Below are positions 52,787 to 64,000 of a DNA stretch of 64,000 bases, piece after piece. The translations under genes were made by a program, and so were the position numbers. Position 1 is the stretch's first letter, and each line of letters starts with the position of its first letter. The notes beneath the pieces are model-generated. The model saw nothing but the letters and a program-made list of their open reading frames with translations. It searched no databases and was not told the origin of the DNA. This stretch comes from an uncultured delta proteobacterium (GTDB lineage Bacteria; Desulfobacterota; Zymogenia; Zymogenales; Zymogenaceae). The stretch covers positions 32,001-96,000 of the forward strand of contig CAWBYW010000011.1 of the NCBI GenBank assembly GCA_963792965.1. Reading direction: 5' to 3'.

Positions 52787-54630
52787 TCGGCGTGAGTCCC
52801 CCTTTTTGCTGTCCGCGCGTCTGAGGCTGAAGGTAAAGGCGCTTCCCCGGCCCGGCCGGCTTTTCGCCTCGATCGTACCTCCGTGGGCCTCGACGATCTC
52901 CTTTGCGATATAGAGGCCGAGACCGGCGCCCTTCGTCTTTTCCTTCCCCCCCGACGCGGTGAAAAACTGGTCGAAGACATGGACCAGTGACTCGGGGGTG
53001 ATCCCTGTCCCTGTATCGGAAACCGTGATGTAGACAAAGCTTTCATCCGACCTTGCCGAAATTGTGACGGTCCCGCCGGCGGGCGTAAACTTGAGGGCGT
53101 TTGACAGGAGGTTATTGAGCACGTGCCTGATTTGCGGAAGATCGGCAAAGGCGTCGGGCAGGTCCTCGGGGAGCTCGGTCTGGACAAGAACGCCGGAGTC
53201 AACTGCGGCCGTGCGAAATTCTTCGGCAGATTCCATGACGACGTCTCGGGGAGAGACCGCCGTGAATTCCATCTGCACCCTCCCCGACTGAATTCTGCCA
53301 ACGTTCAGGAGGTCCTCGATGATGTTATTGAGGCGGTCGCTGTCTTCCCGGGCGGCGATGATGAGCTCTTCCTGTTTCGGCGTGAGGGGCCCGATTTTTT
53401 CGTCCAGCAACAGGTGAATCGCCATGCGTATGGAGGTCAGAGGAGTCTTCAGCTGGTGGGACACGGTGGAGATCACTCCCCGTTTCATCTCGTCGTTGTA
53501 GCGGAGCTTCGTAACATCCTCGATGATGAAGATCGCGCCGGTCATTTCGTTATCAAGGGTCGTGATCGGGAACGCGCCCGGGGACGATAATAGCGTTCCT
53601 CGTTGTTCACGAAGTGCTGAATGACCGCCCGATCCTCGGGCAGGTCCACGGCCCGTCCCTGCTTTGTCACCTCTTCAAAGAGATCGATCAGCCAGGGGAA
53701 GTGGAGATCGCGTATGGAGACGTTCGGCCTGAGTCCGAAGGTCTCCTGCGCCACAATGGTTGACAGCTCCACGATGCCCTGAGGGTTCAGGATGCACACC
53801 GCCTCGGTGAGGTTGTTGAAGGCCTCCTGGACGCTGCGCTGTGTGCGCATCAGCTTTGCCCGATTGGTCCGCCGGAATTCACGGAGGCCCACGGCCATGC
53901 TGTTAAAGGCGTCGGAGAGACGCCCGATCTCGTCTCTCGAATCGCTCTTGACGACGAGATCGAGGTTGCCCCTGCGGATCTCGTCGGTAACGGCGATGAG
54001 CTGATTGATCGGCTGGAGGATCCATTTTCGGGTGAAGAAAATGAGCAGACAGGCGACCAACGCGCCGACGAAGAGATATGTGTACATTTGCTGCTCGGCC
54101 TCTTCGGCCCGATGCTGCGCCAGCGTCTTTTCGTAGATCATGTTCTCCTGGTTCATCTTTATGATTTCGTCGGCAGACTCGTTGATCTCCTTAAAGATCG
54201 GGGAGAGCTCCCTGAAATAGACGTTGCGTCTCTCATTTGCCGAAATCCGCGAATCGCCGACGATTTTCAGGGTCGTCATATATCGCTCGAAGAGCTGTTC
54301 GACCTCGCCCACCTTTTCGCCCTCGCCGGGGATGGTGATGTTGCCCTTTTCGGCAGAAAGCTCCTCGCGGAAAAGGGCGATGCTGTTGTCGATCTCAATG
54401 TCCCCCTCGTGTCTATATCCCAACAACGTCAGGAGGACACCGCTGTCGATTCGCTCGAGGGCCTTTTTCATCTGCTGGCACGCGGTCACGCTGCGATAGT
54501 TTTCCTTCAGAATGACGTCGATCCCCTTTCCAAGCTCGTCAATCTGCTGCACACTCTTAAGGCCGATGGCAACCATGATCAGCAAGAGGCCGATGAACCC
54601 GAGCGATAATTTACGGCGAAGTCCAAACAT
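52783..54630 (-). CDS. HAMP/PAS sensor histidine kinase (KinB-like), frameshift near 53560
   Basis: TM-periplasmic helical domain-TM-HAMP (DEIGRL..AFN.M); SHQLKTPLT H-box, NLLSNALKFT, DTGTG, GLGL. Confidence 0.9.
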
Positions 54631-54665
54631 GAATCGCAGATCCTTATCCGGTTACCGTTCCTGTC

Positions 54666-54681
54666 AGCAAGATGCGTACCA
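54666..54681 (-). promoter_or_regulatory. sigma-54 promoter upstream of kinase-kdp operon
   Basis: Minus strand TGGTACGCATCTTGCT (GG-N10-GC). Confidence 0.75.
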
Positions 54682-54733
54682 GACTCCCCATACAAGAATT
54701 CCAATGACTTGCCGACGGCAACGCTCGGCGGAA

Positions 54734-54779
54734 TTGCATTTTGCAATATATGGAGGCCATATTTCCGTGCACTTTGCGC
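54734..54779. promoter_or_regulatory. putative enhancer (UAS) pair
   Basis: TTGCATTTTGCAA (54734) and GTGCACTTTGCGC (54767), 33 bp apart, upstream of the sigma-54 site. Confidence 0.55.
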
Positions 54780-54818
54780 GAAACGCCGTTTCTTAGACGG
54801 ATGATCTTGTGCGTCGTG

Positions 54819-56177
54819 TCAGATATCATAGCGCTTTCGGCGGCGCCAGAGGGTCGCCTGATCCACGCCGAGGATATCGGCCGCTTCGCGGAGTGTTTTT
54901 GTCGTTTCGAGTATGCGGCGGATGTGGAGCTCACTCATCCGCTGAAGCGTGACTGGATCACCGACTGCGGGGAGCGATCGGTCTATGGGCGATGAGGTAG
55001 GGAGATACCGGGCGCCGACCAACTCGGACGTGCAGAGGATAGAGGCCCGTTCGATGACGTTTCTGAGCTCGCGGACGTTCCCGGGCCATGGGTGAGACCG
55101 TAAGGCCTCGAGGGCCTCATCTGTGAATCCCTTGAACAGGCGGTGGTTGCTTCTTCCGAAGAACTCTAAGAAATTCCCGGCAAGCGCCACGATGTCTTCC
55201 GTTCTCTTGCGAAGAGGAGGTATCTCAATCTGGATTACGTTGAGGCGATAGTAGAGATCATCTCTGAACAGGCCTTCCTGGACCGCCCTCTCGAGATCGA
55301 TGTTCGTGGCGGATATGAAGCGGACGTCGGATTTGAACGTCATCTGGTCTCCCACCCTCTCGTACTCACGATCCTGCATGACGCGCAGGAGCTTCGGCTG
55401 GATGGACGGGGGGAGATCTCCGATCTCATCGAGGAAGAGGGTCCCCCCCTCGCACGCGGCTATCCGCCCGCGCCTTTCGCTGACCGCACCGGTAAAGGCC
55501 CCTTTTACATGTCCGAAGAGCTCGCTCTGGAGGAGCTCGGGTGAGAGGGCGGGACACGAAATAGTCCCGAGGGGCTTATCTGCGCGTCTGCTCCACGAAT
55601 GTATGGAGCGCGCAAGCAAGCCTTTCCCCGTCCCGCTTTCACCGAGAAGGAGTATGCTCGCGTCGGATACGGCCACCTTTCGTGCCATGGCTATCGCGCC
55701 CCGCATGGCGGAATTCGTGCTGGAAAAGTCGACGGCGGGATTGAATTTATCGAGGTCTTCGGTGAGCTCTTCCACGCGGCGCTCCAGGCAGCGGATTTCA
55801 GAGATCTTTCTGATGACAATATTCAGCTGGGCCGGCGTGAAGGGCTTAGGGATATAATCGTCGGCCCCCCGACGCATCGCCTCGACGGCGGAGTCGATGG
55901 AAGCATACGCGGTAATGACGATGATCTTGAGCCACGGACACTTCGTGTGGAACAGCGGGATGAGATCCAGGCCATCGGTGGTGCCGAGCCGGAGGTCCAC
56001 AAAGGCGAGATCGAAATAGCCTCTCGAGACCTCGGCCACGGCGTCGTCGAAACTGCCGACGGCAACAACGGAGTGTCCCTCGGTTTCAAGGCAGAGGGAC
56101 ATGGTCCTGCGGATATTGGCCTCGTCATCAATGATAAGGATCTTGAGAGATGTTGGTGGGCTCTGGTTATCGGTCAT
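54819..56177 (-). CDS. sigma-54-dependent response regulator (NtrC/AlgB-like)
   Basis: REC domain (DD, DLRLG, TAY, KPF); GESGTGK, GAFTGA, LFLDEIG, WPGNVREL; Fis-type HTH. Confidence 0.95.
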   Translation of the reverse strand: MTDNQSPPTSLKILIIDDEANIRRTMSLCLETEGHSVVAVGSFDDAVAEVSRGYFDLAFVDLRLGTTDGLDLIPLFHTKCPWLKIIVITAYASIDSAVEAMRRGADDYIPKPFTPAQLNIVIRKISEIRCLERRVEELTEDLDKFNPAVDFSSTNSAMRGAIAMARKVAVSDASILLLGESGTGKGLLARSIHSWSRRADKPLGTISCPALSPELLQSELFGHVKGAFTGAVSERRGRIAACEGGTLFLDEIGDLPPSIQPKLLRVMQDREYERVGDQMTFKSDVRFISATNIDLERAVQEGLFRDDLYYRLNVIQIEIPPLRKRTEDIVALAGNFLEFFGRSNHRLFKGFTDEALEALRSHPWPGNVRELRNVIERASILCTSELVGARYLPTSSPIDRSLPAVGDPVTLQRMSELHIRRILETTKTLREAADILGVDQATLWRRRKRYDI

Positions 56178-56763
56178 TTTTCTATTATTGGGTATAATAG
56201 AATTTCATCGTGAGTTATCGACGATGCGGCTTGGCTCCCATGAGATCATTGTGCCGAAGTCCCTCGGGACTATTTGCTGTTTATTCGATATCTGTTGCCA
56301 ACTATTATGATAGCACACATTGAGGAGGGTCAATGCAAAAATAGAAAAGCGCGAAGAGTCGTGAGCGCGATCTATTATGGAGACCCGTCGAAATATTCTT
56401 CCCGCATCCGGCGTATGGCATGTTTCATCGAAGACCCGGGTGTCAGGCGGGAGAATGAGTTACTAACTATATAGGATTTGGGATGAAATGGGTGCCGCAG
56501 CCAAAAAAGGTGAAGAGGATCGGCTCGGAATAGGGAGATGACCTCTGAGACGAGAACTCGTATATGGTATGCATGCGGGGCCGAGCTCAGGCTAATTTTG
56601 ACACCTAATGATTCCCGGCAGTATGCCGAAATGTTCGAATCCCTCGGCCTACGCGATATTCCCCGATATGGTATTGGCCACCTTGTGGGGCTACCTTCTG
56701 CACGTCCAGGGACGGCGAGCGGCTTACGACCGGGCACTGCTGCCCGCCATGCCAACGTTACGG

Positions 56764-57895
56764 TTACACCAAGACGTCCTCCACCGGCCGACGGAGAGAG
56801 TGGGCATAAACTCGGAATAGCCGAACCGGGCCAACAGCTGGGGCCGGGACGAGCCGAGGCTTAGATGGCTCTCTGGAGCTGGGGCACGAGGCTGCCAATC
56901 TCCGCCGGCTGGTTAAGGAATGCCGACTTAACCGTGAGAGCCGTCGAGATGAGCGCATACCGCTCCCAGGTACGGCCGACGGCGACCCACGCCCTCTTGT
57001 CATTTTTCTCCGACACGAACAGGATCATCCCCGAGGAGCTCAGGGCCATCTTCTGGTCCTTGTCCCCCTGGCTCTTGCCTCCGGCAAAGAAATCCATCAG
57101 GATATTTCCGAGCCATTGCGGCACCACGGGATTTCCGCCCGCGCGGGACGAAAGGCCGTCGCGCGTCTTCAACGCCTCTTTATCGCTGAATCGAATCCAC
57201 GACTTGAGCTCCTTGACGAAGGCCTTGTCGTTCATCTGGATGTTGTCGCCTTCCTTCACGATCTCGATCAGTTTTTCGATCTCTTTTCGATCGGTAAAGA
57301 TCATCGTGCCGACCCCCGCCTCTTTTTGAAGTGCTTCAATCTTCTTCATATCTTCAGAGGGAAGGGGCCGTCCGTTGTATTCATTTCGGGTGCACTGACG
57401 GACGGGAATTGCCCTGAAAAGGGTCTCGTTGGGTCTTGCGGACGATGCCTTCAGTCGAATGACAATAGATTCCTCGTCGGCCGTGGGAAAATAGTCTATC
57501 TCGGGGTCAAATCCCGCGTATCGAGCGGAGACAACAAGGTTTTCCAGCGCGCAGCCGAGGCTGATGAAGAGCTCGCGATCATCGGGGTCGACGGCCGGAA
57601 GCCGCCGTGAATAGTCGGGGAAGATGCGGACGATGTTTCCATTGATGGAAAACTTCCACGGCTGGGTATTGTGACCGCTGGGTGCGAGGATCGTATAACG
57701 GATCAGCTCCCGCGACTGCACCGAGATCGTCGGCTCCTTCGTAAACGGCACGGCCCTGATCGCGGTTGCCTCATCTACGTAGTCGGCCGAAGAGCAGGAA
57801 ACCAGGGCGGGTGAGAGTGCCGTGGTCGCCCCGACCACCGCCAAAAGCTCAAGGAACTCTCTTCTGCCCAGATTCCCGGTCGTTCCCTTTCTCAT
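56764..57895 (-). CDS. Tat-exported Acg/nitroreductase-like FMN-binding oxidoreductase, frameshifts near 3' end
   Basis: RREFL twin-arginine and LVSC lipobox; LAPSGHNTQPW, D.DDREL.ISLGCALENL; tail PQLLARFGY..SLRRPVEDVL in shifted frames. Confidence 0.85.
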
Positions 57896-58025
57896 CGGAA
57901 ACCTCCTTTACATCTGCACCAGATATCAAACAATATTTTCGTATGGTAACAGCAGACGGACAAAGAGTCAAGCCCAAGGTGACCGCCTTGGATTCACGAG
58001 CCCGTAAGGTACACGCTGCAAAAAG

Positions 58026-58056
58026 AAAGGAGTTGAGATATATCCCGACTCCTTTC
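58026..58056 (-). terminator. terminator after GPH transporter
   Basis: AAAGGAGTTG...CGACTCCTTT hairpin with an A-tract on its left. Confidence 0.55.
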
Positions 58057-58108
58057 CTGGATTCGTGTTTTACGTGCTCCTAACGGGTCCATACCCCCGT
58101 CTAACGTC

Positions 58109-59473
58109 CTACGACGTTTTCGCTCTCTCTATCTTCTTTTGAATCTTGCCCACGATTTCGTGGTGCATGCTCTCGCTGATCGGGTAGAAACTGATAACGA
58201 TAATCCCCGCCACGATAAGGACAATAGGCACAAAGATCATCAATGACCGAATGCCGTCCAGTGTCCCGGGGCTCTGAACCTTGTTCGCCTCAAAGCCGAT
58301 GAGCCCCAGTCCGTGCCCGGCTATGAAACCCGCCAAGGCGGAGGCCAGCTTCTGCCCGAAGAAGAAGATGCCGTAGAGGACACCCTCCCTCCGTAGGCCG
58401 GTAGAAAGCTCGCCGTATTCGACGGTGTCCGGGATCATCGCCCAGGGGCTCAAGAAACTGGTCGAGATGCCTATGCCCCCCAGGCAGAATGCCGCGACTA
58501 ACAGCGGCACGTTGAAATCCCTGATAAAATAGATGATACACAGCGCCCGGCTAAAAGCCCCATGCCCATATTGAAGGTCGCTTTCTTGCTCACCTTTTTG
58601 GAGACCATCACCCAGAGCGGCAGGGCAAGGGCGGCGGGCACGAAGATGCATAAAAACGCCACCGTTGCAAAGGAATCGTGGCCCATGGTGTATTTGAAAT
58701 AGTAATTGACCATGGCGGCCAGCATCCCCAGGGCGGTCAGATGCATGATCGTCCCCAGCGACAAGATCAGAAACGGCCCGTTGCCGAAGATGGTTGTCAG
58801 GATATCCTTGATGTTGTAATGCTCGCCGTCCGTCTCCTGCACCGTCTCCCTCACCGAGAAGAAGGTCACGTACGTGACCGCCACGGCGATTACCCCAAAG
58901 ATGGCGGCGGTCATCCTGAAACCGATGACCTGGTTCGGGAACAGGGCCACCAGCGGCTTCATCGAGCCTGCGACAACCAGCGCCCCCATCAACGCGAAGA
59001 ACGTCCGAACGCCCGAGAGCTTGGACCGCTCGTGAAATCGAGGGTCATGCTGGCGGCCAGCGCTCCGTAGGGGACGTTAACGATGGCGTAAAAGCTGCAT
59101 ACCAAGAGGAAAAAGACCAGTCCATAGGCGACCTTGAATTCCTGGGGTATGGGCGGCGACGCGAACAGGAGGAAGAAAAGACGCCGAGGGGGATGGCCCC
59201 GAACAGCAGGTACGGCCGTTTCTTCCCCCACCGGGTGCGGGTGCGGTCGGAGAGATACCCCACGATAGGGTCGCTGACGCCGTCCCACGCCTTGGCGATC
59301 AGGAAGATCGTCCCGGCTACGGGGGCGGCGATCCCGAAAACGTCGGTAAAAAAGAAGATCAGGAAAATGAAGGTAGATTGAAATATCAGGTTGGCGCCGA
59401 AATCACCGACGCCGAAACCGATCCTCGTCCCCGTCGAAAGCCCCCCACCCGCAGAGATTTCCGTTTTTTTCAT
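58109..59473 (-). CDS. MFS glycoside-pentoside-hexuronide:cation symporter (MelB/UidB family), several frameshifts
   Basis: GFG.GDFG.N, WD.VSDP..G.LSDRTRTRWG..RPYLL, NVPYGAL, M.PDTVEY.E..TG.RREG. Confidence 0.9.
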
Positions 59474-59495
59474 AGCATGTCTCCTCGAAACAGGA

Positions 59496-60199
59496 CTACT
59501 TCATCGCCTTGTTGGTATCCTTGTTCTCTCTGATCTTCTCTATCATCCCGACGGTCTCCCCAATTTTCTTGGTCAGCCCGTCAAAATCGCCTTTCTTCAC
59601 GAGGTCCGCGGTGATGAGCGCCGAGCCCATCCCCACACAGGCCACGCCTGAGTCAAACCAGGCGGTGAGCGACGCCTCCGTCGGCTCCACGCCGCCAGTC
59701 GGCATGATCTCGGCGAACGGCATGGGGCCCCGCACCGCACTGCGCGAAGGCGGGGCCGCCGACCTCGCCCCCCGGGAATATCTTGCAGATCTCCACGCCG
59801 AGCCGGTGGGCCATATGAATCTCAGTCGCGCTCCCGCACCCAGGGCAGTACGGGATCTTCCGGGCGTTGCAGAGGTACGCCGTCTCCGTCGTCGAGCACG
59901 GGCCCCACGACGAAATTTGCCCCCGCGCTGATATAGAGCGCCGCCGTCGGGGCATCGACGATCGACCCCACCCCGAGGATCAGTTCCGGCAGCTCTTCTC
60001 TGCAATATGCCTCAAGCTCCGCGAAGACGGAGACGGCCCCGTCGCCCCGGTTGGTGAACTCAACGACGGTGGCCCCGCCCTCGGCGCAGGCCGCGATGAT
60101 CTTCTTCCCGATCTCAACGTCGGGATGATAGAAGACCGCCACCATGCCGACCCGCCTCATCGCGGATAGGGTCTCGTGTCTGAAAAAACGCGCCATCAT
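59496..60199 (-). CDS. eda: KDPG/KHG aldolase family, frameshifted
   Basis: VEFTNR, G.GSI.D, GANF.VGP, PGC.S.TEI, K.FPG, MPTGGV, CVGMGS.L spread over frames. Confidence 0.85.
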
Positions 60200-60310
60200 A
60201 GGCCTTCCGCCCGTCTCGGAGCCGACAGTAACTGCGTCGGGTCCATTCGTTTCCTCGTTTTTTGCCGCGGTACGGTGAGGGCGGTGCTGCCGCCGCATCC
60301 ACATCTGATC

Positions 60311-61315
60311 TCACCGGGCTGACGCCGCCGGCCCGATGTCACCGGGGTCGGTCCGTTCCGGGGTGATACGCCCATCCAGCAGGGCCTTCTTAAAGATACG
60401 GATCGTCTCCCTCACGCCCTCGCGCAAGGGCGTGACCTTGAGATGCCCGAGCACGGCGACGAGCGGGGCATTATCGATCTCTTCGGGAAAGGGGAGGGGG
60501 TTCTCGTCGTGAGTGATCGTTCCCCGGCAGACGGTTCGGCGGCCTCGATCTCGGCGATGATGTCCTCTGTGGAGACGGTACGGCCGCCGAGGTTGAAGAC
60601 CTCGGCTCCCTTAAAGCTCACCCGAGAAGCATTGATGAAGGCCCCGGCCGCATCGTCGGCGTACTGGAAGCCGAAGCGTCCCCCGAACGTGATGTGATAC
60701 GGTACGCGGCCGCCGCCGCAAGCATCGCCTTGGTAGGCGTGGAGGTGAGCCCCTGGTCCCTGCCGGGGCCGTAGACGACGTAGGGCCTGATGCCGATGCT
60801 CGAGATGCCGTCCTCCATCCAGTAGACGCGCGCCGTCCCTTCGTTGGCCTGCTTAAAGACGCCGTAGTGCGAGCGGGGCCGGAGAACGGCGTCATGCGCC
60901 AGCGGCCCGGGGGATACTCCTGGCGGGGCCCATAGACGGCGGTGCTGCTTGCATAGACCACGTGCCGAATCCCACATGTCTTTGCCGCCTCAAATATGTT
61001 CACCGTGCCACCCACGTTCACCGCGGCGCCGAGCGGCGGATCGGCCTTACAGAATGGCAGCTGCATGGCAGCAAGATGGATGATATGCGTGATGCCGTGC
61101 TCGACGAGGGCATCGCGTATCATCGCGATATCGGTAATGTCGCCCGTGACGAACCGAACACGCTTGATCTCGTCATCCTCCATGATGAGCCGGAGGCGAT
61201 GGATGGATCCTCCCCTTACAAGCACACTGGTAAAAACTCCCTCCCGGACGAGGTTTTTCACCGTCCACGCCCCGATACACCCCGTCGCCCCTGTGACAAG
61301 AAATCTCTCTTCCAT
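60311..61315 (-). CDS. NAD-dependent epimerase/dehydratase, frameshifted
   Basis: TGATGCIG, HLAA, NV.GT.N.FEAA, YGVFK, RP.VVYGPGRD. Confidence 0.85.
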
Positions 61316-61329
61316 ATCTACGACTCCCT

Positions 61330-62058
61330 TCAGTCGCCTTTCATCTGCTTAATCTGTTTCATCCGCACCTCTACATGCGAGAGGTGGTCCAGCATCGCCT
61401 GCCGGGCCGCCATCGGGTCACGCGACTTCAACGCCTGGACGATGGCGCGGTGGTCATCGATGGTCTGGCGCCGTACATCGAAGTGCTCGGCGGTGCGTCG
61501 GCGGCTGAAGATACTGAGCTGACTTATCGACCTCATGAAAAGGCTCAGGATCGTATTCCCTGTGGCCTCCAGGATGCTCCTGTGGAGCTCAAGGTCGATT
61601 TCGAGGAAGGCCTCGGGATCATTCAGCGCCTCCTGGGCCCTCTCGAGGCAGGTCTCCAGCCCGGCTATCTCGTCGGCCGTGATGGTGTGCGCGGCGAGCT
61701 CCGCGATCCCCACCTCCAATATCTTTCTTGCCTCGAAGAGCTCGATATAGGTTGAATCGTTGAGTGTGAAGATAATGTCGAGGTGCTCGACGAGACGCTC
61801 GGGTTCAAGCGAGGCGACGTACGTGCCGGATCCCTGGCGGTTGTCGATGATATTCATGATCTGGAGTGCCCTAAGCGCCTCGCGCAACGACGGCCGGCTC
61901 ACGTTCATCATCGCCGCCAGCTCCCGCTCGGGTGGGAGCCGATCACCCGGACGCAGCTGCTTTTCCTTGATAAGGTTCAGCAATGCGTGCGCGATCTTCT
62001 CGGACAGGACGTCCCGCTTCAATGTCTCGAAGGGTATCTCGGCCGTCTTCTTGCTCAT
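61330..62058 (-). CDS. FadR/GntR family regulator
   Basis: PGDRLPPERELA....VSRPSLREAL, GSGTYV; FCD domain. Confidence 0.93.
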   Translation of the reverse strand: MSKKTAEIPFETLKRDVLSEKIAHALLNLIKEKQLRPGDRLPPERELAAMMNVSRPSLREALRALQIMNIIDNRQGSGTYVASLEPERLVEHLDIIFTLNDSTYIELFEARKILEVGIAELAAHTITADEIAGLETCLERAQEALNDPEAFLEIDLELHRSILEATGNTILSLFMRSISQLSIFSRRRTAEHFDVRRQTIDDHRAIVQALKSRDPMAARQAMLDHLSHVEVRMKQIKQMKGD

Positions 62059-62828
62059 TTGGCCACCCATCCGCAGTCGACCAAAAGGTCGGTGCCGGTG
62101 ATGAAGGATGCCGTGTCGCCCGCCAGGAAATAGATCGACTCGGCGATCTCGGCGGGATCGGCCCAGCGCCTGAACGCCTGCTCGGCCTCCCTGATCTTCT
62201 TTACTTCGTCGTAGGGCTTCCCGGTCTTTTCCGATTCGATCTGAATATCGCCCCGCAGCATCGGCGTGTCGACGGAGCCGGGGCTTACGGAATTGACGCG
62301 GATGTTGTGCGGGGCCAGCTCCCACGCAAGGGCCCTGGTGAGGGCGATGATGGCGCCCTTCGTTGCGCCGTAGAGCGAGTGATCGATCTGCCCGACGTGG
62401 CCCGAGACCGAGCCCATGTTCACGATGGAGCCCGCCCTTTTGGTCTTTCATGACGGGAATGACGTGTTTGCAGAAGAGGAAAATGCCGCCGAGGTTCACG
62501 TCCACAACCCTTCGGTATTCGTCCCAGGCGATCTTATCCAGAGGGCGGACCAACACAATTCCCGCGTCGTTGATCAGCACGTCGATACGGCCATACATCC
62601 GCATTGTCCCTTCGACGGCCGACGCGACCTCGGTTTCGCGGCGACATCGCATTCGGTGAAGGAAGAGACGCCGCCCGCCTGACTCTATCTCGTCTCTGAC
62701 CTGCCGTGCCCCTCTGAGCGATATCGACCATGGAGACGGCATACCCCCGATGCGCGAACAGGCGCGCGGTTGCCTCCCCTATGCCGTTGCCGCCCCGGTG
62801 ATAAGCGCGACCTTTCTTGAGCGTTCAT
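62055..62828 (-). CDS. SDR family oxidoreductase, frameshifted
   Basis: KVALITG, IDVLINDAG, YGATKG, IRVNSVSPG.VDTPM, FITG..L.VD.G. Confidence 0.88.
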
Positions 62829-63620
62829 CATTTCACTCCCGTAAGTCCCAAGATTTCGCGCGCCTGGCGCACGGTCGCGACGGGCCTTCCGAGCGACCGC
62901 GAGATCGACGCGATTTCCTCAACCAGCTCGTGCGTCTGGGCCTGCTTGCCCGATCGGGTATACGGGTAATCCTCGGTGCCCACGCGCACGTGATCTCCCT
63001 GCAGGACGGCGGCCGCCAGTATCTTCATCTGGTCCTCATGCATGATGCTCACCACAGCCGCGCAGCCCTCGGGGAGGAGCCTTCTCCGGTAGAGGTATTC
63101 CTCCACGGTGGGAGGCGACCAGGTGCCCCCCGGCCAGCCGAAAAAGAGCGTGGTGATATAGGGCGGCCGAAGCAGCTTCTTGTTGATGAGATAGTTCAGG
63201 TTCCATACGGACCCCGCGTGCCATACCTCGAACTCGGGCGCGACGCCGTATTTCGCGCAGAGCTTCGCATATTTCTCGAGCTCCTGCCGCGAGTGGAGCT
63301 TGAGGCAGTCAAGCTCGGCGAAGGCCTCGTCGTGGTGGTTCAGGATGATGGAGATCATGTCCGATTTTTCCCTGAAGACGTCCATGCGCTCTTCAATCTC
63401 GAGGCTGGACATCCCGCTCTGGACGATGATCTCGCACGATGCGCGAACCGCGCGGATCACCTCGATCCACTGCCCCTCGGCGTGGGTGTGGAGCACCGCG
63501 GCGCCGTGCTCCATGCAGCGTCTGGCCTCCATGGCGATCGCTGTCCGGCGTGGTTGGATAGTCGATTTGGGGGTGCAGCCAGCATGTGTTGGGCGTGGCG
63601 ACGATGATGAGAGGGTCCAT
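62828..63620 (-). CDS. beta-keto acid cleavage enzyme (DUF849/Kce family), frameshift near 63540
   Basis: PLII.ATPN, GAAVLH.H, PEFEV, HVRVG.ED, GRPVAT..QARE.L. Confidence 0.88.
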
Positions 63621-63624
63621 TGAT

Positions 63625-64000
63625 CTATCTCCCTGTAGCGTGTTTCAGCAGCCGTGGCATCAGAGGCTCGATTATATGCTTATCGAGCGTCGTGATCTTG
63701 CGGCACCCCGACTCGCGTGACTACATAGCAGTCCTCCACGCCGATAAGCATCTTGCCGAAAGACTCCCACGCCTCGATTTCGAATACCATGTTTTGTTCA
63801 AAGGGGCGGTCCATCACCTGCAGGGGGCCGAAAAGGTGCTGCTCCTCGCATTCCAGCCCGATGCTGTGCCCGATGGCAAAGGTCATTCCGTCCGGCTTCT
63901 TCGTTTTATAGAAAGCGGTGGCCTCCGCGTTGAGCTGCTTGATATTCACCCCGGGCTTGACGCGCTTTTCGTAATATTCCTGCAGCAGGATAAGCCGGTC
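63625..64000 (-). CDS. M24 family (Xaa-Pro peptidase/creatinase-like) C-terminal part; 5' end outside window
   Basis: KPG, GHSIGLE, NMVF.IE, GVED..VVT; probable frameshift near 63710. Confidence 0.75.

Noticed and set aside
52703-53545. Histidine kinase with a C-terminal TM peptide fusion
   Set aside because: One indel in the A5/G4 run near 52800 would end the kinase at GTHAE-stop with an ATGA overlap to the peptide; likely an assembly error
56274-56864. Short ORFs between the sigma-54 regulator and Acg gene
   Set aside because: No recognisable motifs; partly antisense to the frameshifted Acg tail
61330-62742. 470-aa SDR-GntR fusion ORF
   Set aside because: Produced by frameshifts in the SDR gene; GntR has its own ATG at 62058 overlapping the SDR stop
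1-64000. CRISPR arrays, tRNA/rRNA, IS elements, prophage
   Set aside because: No regularly spaced repeats, cloverleaf/rRNA signatures, transposase, integrase or phage structural motifs recognised by eye

Overview
GC-rich bacterial chromosomal segment; gene content suggests an anaerobic deltaproteobacterium/Desulfobacterota-like organism (inference only). It carries: a TetR gene plus two tandem RND efflux modules; housekeeping singletons (nth, galK, dGTPase, yidD, acyl-CoA dehydrogenase, ugd/uxs); a sigma-54-type IV pilin; a four-gene PLP/DUF1611/PP-loop/enolase-family epimerase operon; three tandem 564-aa acyl-CoA ligases; a kdpFABC locus with an NtrC-type sigma-54 two-component system and a KdpD-Usp-PTS EIIA fusion; and the distal part of a sugar-acid-type catabolic operon. 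About 17 genes are split by small indels, most likely long-read assembly errors. Best candidates for new biology: (1) an unannotated 20-aa Cys-rich peptide gene (MKIKKLEKTVKGLCKCGRSC, 27053-27115) with its own promoter, RBS and hairpin, heading a 7-Cys protein and an RRE-like radical SAM/SPASM enzyme, i.e. a putative RiPP system; (2) an MBL-fold hydrolase with an in-frame TGA followed by a SECIS-like hairpin (candidate selenoprotein); (3) the rewired kdp regulation; (4) an orphan structured RNA behind a consensus promoter (about 767-886, minus strand). No rRNA, tRNA, CRISPR array, transposase or phage genes were recognised. All family calls are from motif recognition by eye, not database searches.
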